A stretch of DNA of 64,000 bases, from assembly GCA_964016885.1 (NCBI GenBank), contig OZ024750.1, positions 5,022,001 to 5,086,000 of the forward strand. The letters are read 5' to 3'. The notes under the pieces are model-generated. The model saw only the letters and a program-made list of their open reading frames with translations, had not been told where the DNA came from and did not search any database. This DNA comes from Eledone cirrhosa. Taxonomy: Eukaryota. The number at the start of each line of letters is the position of its first letter. The stretch's first letter is position 1. The translations under genes were made by a program, and so were the position numbers. Of the stretch, positions 53,899 through 64,000 are shown one piece after another.

Positions 53899-56800
53899 AG
53901 AGAGAATTAAGTGTAGAGGTGAAGGGGAAGTATACTTACTGGAGAGAGAGAGAGAGAGAATTAAGTGTAGAGGTGAAGGGGAAGTATACTTACTGGAGAG
54001 AGAGAGAGAGAATTAAGTGTAGAGGTGAAGGGGAAGTATACTTACTGGAGAGAGAGAGAGAATTAAGTGTAGAGGTGAAGGGGAAGTATACTTACTGGAG
54101 AGAGAGAGAGAGAGAATTAAGTGTAGAGGTGAAGGGGAAGTATACTTACTGGAGAGAGAGAGAGAATTAAGTGTAGAGGTGAAGGGGAAGTATACTTACT
54201 GGAGAGAGAGAGAGAGAATTAAGTGTAGAGGTGAAGGGGAAGTATACTTACTGGAGAGAGAGAGAGAGAGAATTAAGTGTAGAGGTGAAGGGGAAGTATA
54301 CTTACTGGAGAGAGAGAGAGAGAGAATTAAGTGTAGAGGTGAAGGGGAAGTATACTTACTGGAGAGAGAGAGAGAGAGAATTAAGTGTAGAGGTGAAGGG
54401 GAAGTATACTTACTGGAGAGAGAGAGAGAGAGAATTAAGTGTAGAGGTGAAGGGGAAGTATACTTACTGGAGAGAGAGAGAGAGAATTAAGTGTAGAGGT
54501 GAAGGGGAAGTATACTTACTGGAGAGAGAGAGAGAGAATTAAGTGTAGAGGTGAAGGGGAAGTATACTTACTGGAGAGAGAGAGAGAATTAAGTGTAGAG
54601 GTGAAGGGGAAGTATACTTACTGGAGAGAGAGAGAGAGAATTAAGTGTAGAGGTGAAGGGGAAGTATACTTACTGGAGAGAGAGAGAGAGAGAATTAAGT
54701 GTAGAGGTGAAGGGGAAGTATACTTACTGGAGAGAGAGAGAGAGAATTAAGTGTAGAGGTGAAGGGGAAGTATACTTACTGGAGAGAGAGAGAGAGAATT
54801 AAGTGTAGAGGTGAAGGGGAAGTATACTTACTGGAGAGAGAGAGAGAGAATTAAGTGTAGAGGTGAAGGGGAAGTATACTTACTGGAGAGAGAGAGAGAG
54901 AGAATTAAGTGTAGAGGTGAAGGGGAAGTATACTTACTGGAGAGAGAGAGAGAGAATTAAGTGTAGAGGTGAAGGGGAAGTATACTTACTGGAGAGAGAG
55001 AGAGAATTAAGTGTAGAGGTGAAGGGGAAGTATACTTACTGGAGAGAGAGAGAGAGAATTAAGTGTAGAGGTGAAGGGGAAGTATACTTACTGGAGAGAG
55101 AGAGAGAGAATTAAGTGTAGAGGTGAAGGGGAAGTATACTTACTGGAGAGAGAGAGAGAGAGAATTAAGTGTAGAGGTGAAGGGGAAGTATACTTACTGG
55201 AGAGAGAGAGAGAGAGAATTAAGTGTAGAGGTGAAGGGGAAGTATACTTACTGGAGAGAGAGAGAGAGAATTAAGTGTAGAGGTGAAGGGGAAGTATACT
55301 TACTGGAGAGAGAGAGAGAGAGAATTAAGTGTAGAGGTGAAGGGGAAGTATACTTACTGGAGAGAGAGAGAGAGAGAATTAAGTGTAGAGGTGAAGGGGA
55401 AGTATACTTACTGGAGAGAGAGAGAGAGAATTAAGTGTAGAGGTGAAGGGGAAGTATACTTACTGGAGAGAGAGAGAGAGAGAATTAAGTGTAGAGGTGA
55501 AGGGGAAGTATACTTACTGGAGAGAGAGAGAGAGAGAATTAAGTGTAGAGGTGAAGGGGAAGTATACTTACTGGAGAGAGAGAGAGAGAATTAAGTGTAG
55601 AGGTGAAGGGGAAGTATACTTACTGGAGAGAGAGAGAGAGAATTAAGTGTAGAGGTGAAGGGGAAGTATACTTACTGGAGAGAGAGAGAGAGAATTAAGT
55701 GTAGAGGTGAAGGGGAAGTATACTTACTGGAGAGAGAGAGAGAGAGAATTAAGTGTAGAGGTGAAGGGGAAGTATACTTACTGGAGAGAGAGAGAGAGAG
55801 AATTAAGTGTAGAGGTGAAGGGGAAGTATACTTACTGGAGAGAGAGAGAGAGAATTAAGTGTAGAGGTGAAGGGGAAGTATACTTACTGGAGAGAGAGAG
55901 AGAGAGAATTAAGTGTAGAGGTGAAGGGGAAGTATACTTACTGGAGAGAGAGAGAGAGAGAATTAAGTGTAGAGGTGAAGGGGAAGTATACTTACTGGAG
56001 AGAGAGAGAGAATTAAGTGTAGAGGTGAAGGGGAAGTATACTTACTGGAGAGAGAGAGAGAATTAAGTGTAGAGGTGAAGGGGAAGTATACTTACTGGAG
56101 AGAGAGAGAGAGAATTAAGTGTAGAGGTGAAGGGGAAGTATACTTACTGGAGAGAGAGAGAGAGAGAATTAAGTGTAGAGGTGAAGGGGAAGTATACTTA
56201 CTGGAGAGAGAGAGAGAGAGAATTAAGTGTAGAGGTGAAGGGGAAGTATACTTACTGGAGAGAGAGAGAGAGAATTAAGTGTAGAGGTGAAGGGGAAGTA
56301 TACTTACTGGAGAGAGAGAGAGAGAATTAAGTGTAGAGGTGAAGGGGAAGTATACTTACTGGAGAGAGAGAGAGAATTAAGTGTAGAGGTGAAGGGGAAG
56401 TATACTTACTGGAGAGAGAGAGAGAGAGAATTAAGTGTAGAGGTGAAGGGGAAGTATACTTACTGGAGAGAGAGAGAGAGAATTAAGTGTAGAGGTGAAG
56501 GGGAAGTATACTTACTGGAGAGAGAGAGAGAATTAAGTGTAGAGGTGAAGGGGAAGTATACTTACTGGAGAGAGAGAGAGAGAGAATTAAGTGTAGAGGT
56601 GAAGGGGAAGTATACTTACTGGAGAGAGAGAGAGAGAGAATTAAGTGTAGAGGTGAAGGGGAAGTATACTTACTGGAGAGAGAGAGAGAGAATTAAGTGT
56701 AGAGGTGAAGGGGAAGTATACTTACTGGAGAGAGAGAGAGAGAATTAAGTGTAGAGGTGAAGGGGAAGTATACTTACTGGAGAGAGAGAATTAAGTGTAG

Positions 56801-59800
56801 AGGTGAAGGGGAAGTATACTTACTGGAGAGAGAGAGAGAGAATTAAGTGTAGAGGTGAAGGGGAAGTATACTTACTGGAGAGAGAGAGAGAGAATTAAGT
56901 GTAGAGGTGAAGGGGAAGTATACTTACTGGAGAGAGAGAATTAAGTGTAGAGGTGAAGGGGAAGTATACTTACTGGAGAGAGAGAGAGAATTAAGTGTAG
57001 AGGTGAAGGGGAAGTATACTTACTGGAGAGAGAGAGAGAGAATTAAGTGTAGAGGTGAAGGGGAAGTATACTTACTGGAGAGAGAGAGAATTAAGTGTAG
57101 AGGTGAAGGGGAAGTATACTTACTGGAGAGAGAGAGAGAGAATTAAGTGTAGAGGTGAAGGGGAAGTATACTTACTGGAGAGAGAGAGAGAGAGAATTAA
57201 GTGTAGAGGTGAAGGGGAAGTATACTTACTGGAGAGAGAGAGAGAGAATTAAGTGTAGAGGTGAAGGGGAAGTATACTTACTGGAGAGAGAGAGAGAGAG
57301 AATTAAGTGTAGAGGTGAAGGGGAAGTATACTTACTGGAGAGAGAGAGAGAGAGAATTAAGTGTAGAGGTGAAGGGGAAGTATACTTACTGGAGAGAGAG
57401 AGAGAGAATTAAGTGTAGAGGTGAAGGGGAAGTATACTTACTGGAGAGAGAGAGAGAGATTAAGTGTAGAGGTGAAGGGGAAGTATACTTACTGGAGAGA
57501 GAGAGAGAATTAAGTGTAGAGGTGAAGGGGAAGTATACTTACTGGAGAGAGAGAGAGAGAATTAAGTGTAGAGGTGAAGGGGAAGTATACTTACTGGAGA
57601 GAGAGAGAGAATTAAGTGTAGAGGTGAAGGGGAAGTATACTTACTGGAGAGAGAGAGAGAGAATTAAGTGTAGAGGTGAAGGGGAAGTATACTTACTGGA
57701 GAGAGAGAGAGAGAATTAAGTGTAGAGGTGAAGGGGAAGTATACTTACTGGAGAGAGAGAGAGAGAATTAAGTGTAGAGGTGAAGGGGAAGTATACTTAC
57801 TGGAGAGAGAGAGAGAGAATTAAGTGTAGAGGTGAAGGGGAAGTATACTTACTGGAGAGAGAGAGAGAGAATTAAGTGTAGAGGTGAAGGGGAAGTATAC
57901 TTACTGGAGAGAGAGAGAGAGAATTAAGTGTAGAGGTGAAGGGGAAGTATACTTACTGGAGAGAGAGAGAGAATTAAGTGTAGAGGTGAAGGGGAAGTAT
58001 ACTTACTGGAGAGAGAGAGAGAGAATTAAGTGTAGAGGTGAAGGGGAAGTATACTTACTGGAGAGAGAGAGAGAGAATTAAGTGTAGAGGTGAAGGGGAA
58101 GTATACTTACTGGAGAGAGAGAGAGAGAATTAAGTGTAGAGGTGAAGGGGAAGTATACTTACTGGAGAGAGAGAGAGAGAATTAAGTGTAGAGGTGAAGG
58201 GGAAGTATACTTACTGGAGAGAGAGAGAGAGAATTAAGTGTAGAGGTGAAGGGGAAGTATACTTACTGGAGAGAGAGAGAGAGAATTAAGTGTAGAGGTG
58301 AAGGGGAAGTATACTTACTGGAGAGAGAGAGAGAGAATTAAGTGTAGAGGTGAAGGGGAAGTATACTTACTGGAGAGAGAGAGAGAGAGAATTAAGTGTA
58401 GAGGTGAAGGGGAAGTATACTTACTGGAGAGAGAGAGAGAGAATTAAGTGTAGAGGTGAAGGGGAAGTATACTTACTGGAGAGAGAGAGAGAGAATTAAG
58501 TGTAGAGGTGAAGGGGAAGTATACTTACTGGAGAGAGAGAGAGAGAGAATTAAGTGTAGAGGTGAAGGGGAAGTATACTTACTGGAGAGAGAGAGAGAGA
58601 ATTAAGTGTAGAGGTGAAGGGGAAGTATACTTACTGGAGAGAGAGAGAGAGAATTAAGTGTAGAGGTGAAGGGGAAGTATACTTACTGGAGAGAGAGAGA
58701 GAGAATTAAGTGTAGAGGTGAAGGGGAAGTATACTTACTGGAGAGAGAGAGAGAGAATTAAGTGTAGAGGTGAAGGGGAAGTATACTTACTGGAGAGAGA
58801 GAGAGAGAATTAAGTGTAGAGGTGAAGGGGAAGTATACTTACTGGAGAGAGAGAGAGAGAGAATTAAGTGTAGAGGTGAAGGGGAAGTATACTTACTGGA
58901 GAGAGAGAGAGAGAATTAAGTGTAGAGGTGAAGGGGAAGTATACTTACTGGAGAGAGAGAGAGAGAATTAAGTGTAGAGGTGAAGGGGAAGTATACTTAC
59001 TGGAGAGAGAGAGAGAGAATTAAGTGTAGAGGTGAAGGGGAAGTATACTTACTGGAGAGAGAGAGAGAGAATTAAGTGTAGAGGTGAAGGGGAAGTATAC
59101 TTACTGGAGAGAGAGAGAGAGAATTAAGTGTAGAGGTGAAGGGGAAGTATACTTACTGGAGAGAGAGAGAGAGAATTAAGTGTAGAGGTGAAGGGGAAGT
59201 ATACTTACTGGAGAGAGAGAGAGAGAATTAAGTGTAGAGGTGAAGGGGAAGTATACTTACTGGAGAGAGAGAGAGAGAATTAAGTGTAGAGGTGAAGGGG
59301 AAGTATACTTACTGGAGAGAGAGAGAGAGAATTAAGTGTAGAGGTGAAGGGGAAGTATACTTACTGGAGAGAGAGAGAGAGAATTAAGTGTAGAGGTGAA
59401 GGGGAAGTATACTTACTGGAGAGAGAGAGAGAATTAAGTGTAGAGGTGAAGGGGAAGTATACTTACTGGAGAGAGAGAGAGAGAATTAAGTGTAGAGGTG
59501 AAGGGGAAGTATACTTACTGGAGAGAGAGAGAGAGAATTAAGTGTAGAGGTGAAGGGGAAGTATACTTACTGGAGAGAGAGAGAGAGAATTAAGTGTAGA
59601 GGTGAAGGGGAAGTATACTTACTGGAGAGAGAGAGAGAGAATTAAGTGTAGAGGTGAAGGGGAAGTATACTTACTGGAGAGAGAGAGAGAGAATTAAGTG
59701 TAGAGGTGAAGGGGAAGTATACTTACTGGAGAGAGAGAGAGAGAATTAAGTGTAGAGGTGAAGGGGAAGTATACTTACTGGAGAGAGAGAGAGAGAATTA

Positions 59801-62800
59801 AGTGTAGAGGTGAAGGGGAAGTATACTTACTGGAGAGAGAGAGAGAGAATTAAGTGTAGAGGTGAAGGGGAAGTATACTTACTGGAGAGAGAGAGAGAGA
59901 ATTAAGTGTAGAGGTGAAGGGGAAGTATACTTACTGGAGAGAGAGAGAGAGAATTAAGTGTAGAGGTGAAGGGGAAGTATACTTACTGGAGAGAGAGAGA
60001 GAGAATTAAGTGTAGAGGTGAAGGGGAAGTATACTTACTGGAGAGAGAGAGAGAGAATTAAGTGTAGAGGTGAAGGGGAAGTATACTTACTGAGAGAGAG
60101 AGAGAGAGAATTAAGTGTAGAGGTGAAGGGGAAGTATACTTACTGGAGAGAGAGAGAGAGAATTAAGTGTAGAGGTGAAGGGGAAGTATACTTACTGGAG
60201 AGAGAGAGAGAGAAATTAAGTGTAGAGGTGAAGGGGAAGTATACTTACTGGAGAGAGAGAGAGAGAATTAAGTGTAGAGGTGAAGGGGAAGTATACTTAC
60301 TGGAGAGAGAGAGAGAGAGAATTAAGTGTAGAGGTGAAGGGGAAGTATACTTACTGGAGAGAGAGAGAGAGAATTAAGTGTAGAGGTGAAGGGGAAGTAT
60401 ACTTACTGGAGAGAGAGAGAGAGCGAATTAAGTGTAGAGGTGAAGGGGAAGTATACTTACTGGAGAGAGAGAGAGAGAATTAAGTGTAGAGGTGAAGGGG
60501 AAGTATACTTACTGACTGGAGAGAGAGAGAGAGAATTAAGTGTAGAGGTGAAGGGGAAGTATACTTACTGGAGAGAGAGAGAGAGAATTAAGTGTAGAGG
60601 TGAAGGGGAAGTATACTTACTGGAGAGAGAGAGAGAGAATTAAGTGTAGAGGTGAAGGGGAAGTATACTTACTGGAGAGAGAGAGAGAGAGAATTAAGTG
60701 TAGAGGTGAAGGGGAAGTATACTTACTGGAGAGAGAGAGAGAGAGAGAATTAAGTGTAGAGGTGAAGGGGAAGTATACTTACTGAGAGAGAGAGAGAGAA
60801 TTAAGTGTAGAGGTGAAGGGGAAGTATACTTACTGGAGAGAGAGAGAGAGAATTAAGTGTAGAGGTGAAGGGGAAGTATACTTACTGGAGAGAGAGAGAG
60901 AGAATTAAGTGTAGAGGTGAAGGGGAAGTATACTTACTGGAGAGAGAGAGAGAGAGAGAATTAAGTGTAGAGGTGAAGGGGAAGTATACTTACTGGAGAG
61001 AGAGAGAGAGAATTAAGTGTAGAGGTGAAGGGGAAGTATACTTACTGGAGAGAGAGAGAGAGAATTAAGTGTAGAGGTGAAGGGGAAGTATACTTACTGG
61101 AGAGAGAGAGAGAGAGAGAATTAAGTGTAGAGGTGAAGGGGAAGTATACTTACTGGAGAGAGAGAGAGAATTAAGTGTAGAGGTGAAGGGGAAGTATACT
61201 TACTGGAGAGAGAGAGAGAATTAAGTGTAGAGGTGAAGGGGAAGTATACTTACTGGAGAGAGAGAGAGAGAATTAAGTGTAGAGGTGAAGGGGAAGTATA
61301 CTTACTGGAGAGAGAGAGAGAGAATTAAGTGTAGAGGTGAAGGGGAAGTATACTTACTGGAGAGAGAGAGAGAGAGAATTAAGTGTAGAGGTGAAGGGGA
61401 AGTATACTTACTGGAGAGAGAGAGAGAGAATTAAGTGTAGAGGTGAAGGGGAAGTATACTTACTGGAGAGAGAGAGAGAGAGAATTAAGTGTAGAGGTGA
61501 AGGGGAAGTATACTTACTGGAGAGAGAGAGAGAATTAAGTGTAGAGGTGAAGGGGAAGTATACTTACTGGAGAGAGAGAGAGAGAATTAAGTGTAGAGGT
61601 GAAGGGGAAGTATACTTACTGGAGAGAGAGAGAGAATTAAGTGTAGAGGTGAAGGGGAAGTATACTTACTGGAGAGAGAGAGAGAGAATTAAGTGTAGAG
61701 GTGAAGGGGAAGTATACTTACTGGAGAGAGAGAGAGAGAATTAAGTGTAGAGGTGAAGGGGAAGTATACTTACTGGAGAGAGAGAGAGAGAATTAAGTGT
61801 AGAGGTGAAGGGGAAGTATACTTACTGGAGAGAGAGAGAGAGAGAATTAAGTGTAGAGGTGAAGGGGAAGTATACTTACTGGAGAGAGAGAGAGAATTAA
61901 GTGTAGAGGTGAAGGGGAAGTATACTTACTGGAGAGAGAGAGAGAGAATTAAGTGTAGAGGTGAAGGGGAAGTATACTTACTGGAGAGAGAGAGAGAATT
62001 AAGTGTAGAGGTGAAGGGGAAGTATACTTACTGGAGAGAGAGAGAGAATTAAGTGTAGAGGTGAAGGGGAAGTATACTTACTGGAGAGAGAGAGAGAATT
62101 AAGTGTAGAGGTGAAGGGGAAGTATACTTACTGGAGAGAGAGAGAGAGAATTAAGTGTAGAGGTGAAGGGGAAGTATACTTACTGGAGAGAGAGAGAGAG
62201 AATTAAGTGTAGAGGTGAAGGGGAAGTATACTTACTGGAGAGAGAGAGAGAGAATTAAGTGTAGAGGTGAAGGGGAAGTATACTTACTGGAGAGAGAGAG
62301 AGAATTAAGTGTAGAGGTGAAGGGGAAGTATACTTACTGGAGAGAGAGAGAGAGAATTAAGTGTAGAGGTGAAGGGGAAGTATACTTACTGGAGAGAGAG
62401 AGAGAGAATTAAGTGTAGAGGTGAAGGGGAAGTATACTTACTGGAGAGAGAGAGAGAGAGAATTAAGTGTAGAGGTGAAGGGGAAGTATACTTACTGGAG
62501 AGAGAGAGAGAATTAAGTGTAGAGGTGAAGGGGAAGTATACTTACTGGAGAGAGAGAGAGAATTAAGTGTAGAGGTGAAGGGGAAGTATACTTACTGGAG
62601 AGAGAGAGAGAATTAAGTGTAGAGGTGAAGGGGAAGTATACTTACTGAGAGAGAGAGAATTAAGTGTAGAGGTGAAGGGGAAGTATACTTACTGGAGAGA
62701 GAGAGAGAGAATTAAGTGTAGAGGTGAAGGGGAAGTATACTTACTGGAGAGAGAGAGAGAGAATTAAGTGTAGAGGTGAAGGGGAAGTATACTTACTGGA

Positions 62801-64000
62801 GAGAGAGAGAGAATTAAGTGTAGAGGTGAAGGGGAAGTATACTTACTGGAGAGAGAGAGAGAGAGAATTAAGTGTAGAGGTGAAGGGGAAGTATACTTAC
62901 TGGAGAGAGAGAGAGAATTAAGTGTAGAGGTGAAGGGGAAGTATACTTACTGGAGAGAGAGAGAGAGAATTAAGTGTAGAGGTGAAGGGGAAGTATACTT
63001 ACTGGAGAGAGAGAGAGAGAGAATTAAGTGTAGAGGTGAAGGGGAAGTATACTTACTGGAGAGAGAGAGAGAATTAAGTGTAGAGGTGAAGGGGAAGTAT
63101 ACTTACTGGAGAGAGAGAGAGAGAATTAAGTGTAGAGGTGAAGGGGAAGTATACTTACTGGAGAGAGAGAGAGAGAGAATTAAGTGTAGAGGTGAAGGGG
63201 AAGTATACTTACTGGAGAGAGAGAGAGAATTAAGTGTAGAGGTGAAGGGGAAGTATACTTACTGGAGAGAGAGAGAGAGAGAATTAAGTGTAGAGGTGAA
63301 GGGGAAGTATACTTACTGGAGAGAGAGAGAGAGAATTAAGTGTAGAGGTGAAGGGGAAGTATTCTTACTGGAGAGAGAGAGAGAGAATTAAGTGTAGAGG
63401 TGAAGGGGAAGTATACTTACTGGAGAGAGAGAGAGAGAATTAAGTGTAGAGGTGAAGGGGAAGTATACTTACTGGAGAGAGAGAGAGAGAGAATTAAGTG
63501 TAGAGGTGAAGGGGAAGTATACTTACTGGAGAGAGAGAGAGAGAGAATTAAGTGTAGAGGTGAAGGGGAAGTATACTTACTGGAGAGAGAGAGAGAGAAT
63601 TAAGTGTAGAGGTGAAGGGGAAGTATTCTTACTGGAGAGAGAGAGAGAGAATTAAGTGTAGAGGTGAAGGGGAAGTATACTTACTGGAGAGAGAGAGAGA
63701 ATTAAGTGTAGAGGTGAAGGGGAAGTATACTTACTGGAGAGAGAGAGAGAGAATTAAGTGTAGAGGTGAAGGGGAAGTATACTTACTGGAGAGAGAGAGA
63801 GAGAGAATTAAGTGTAGAGGTGAAGGGGAAGTATACTTACTGGAGAGAGAGAGAGAGAGAATTAAGTGTAGAGGTGAAGGGGAAGTATTCTTACTGGAGA
63901 GAGAGAGAGAGAATTAAGTGTAGAGGTGAAGGGGAAGTATTCTTACTGGAGAGAGAGAGAGAGAATTAAGTGTAGAGGTGAAGGGGAAGTATTCTTACTG
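53899..64000. repeat. ~52-bp tandem satellite, ~190 copies: AATTAAGTGTAGAGGTGAAGGGGAAGTATACTTACTG-(GA)nG
   Basis: Near-invariant 37-bp core plus a variable GA tract; continues past the window end. Confidence 0.99.

Noticed and set aside
53919-63969. Dozens of ORFs MKGKYTYWRERE.../IKCRGEGEVYLLERE...
   Set aside because: They are translations of the satellite, with GTG starts and frames broken by GA-tract length changes; not a repetitive protein gene.
53899-64000. CRISPR-like array (37-bp constant core plus variable part)
   Set aside because: The variable parts are only (GA)n length variants, not unique spacers; the context is eukaryotic and no cas genes are present.

Overview
Eukaryotic (animal) genomic DNA that is AT-rich and dense in microsatellites. 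The SINE/LINE repertoire looks like an octopus or other coleoid cephalopod, which is inference. The one clear protein-coding gene is a minus-strand GOLGA2/GM130 golgin. I traced 24 phase-consistent GT-AG exons from 52326 down to the stop at 24448 (2709 nt, about 902 aa); its N-terminal exons lie beyond the right edge. The last ~10 kb (53899-64000) is a ~52-bp satellite of about 190 copies, presumably inside an upstream GOLGA2 intron. On the gene's sense strand every unit reads like a complete splice module (GTAAGT donor, CTTAAT branch-like site, (CT)n tract, CAG acceptor). The rest is microsatellites, minisatellites, tRNA-derived SINEs, RTE/CR1 LINE fragments, hAT, Tc1/mariner and piggyBac-like MITEs, a non-autonomous Helitron, and Penelope-like remnants with degenerate hammerhead cores and hairpins. 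Almost all ORFs in the supplied track are repeat artefacts.
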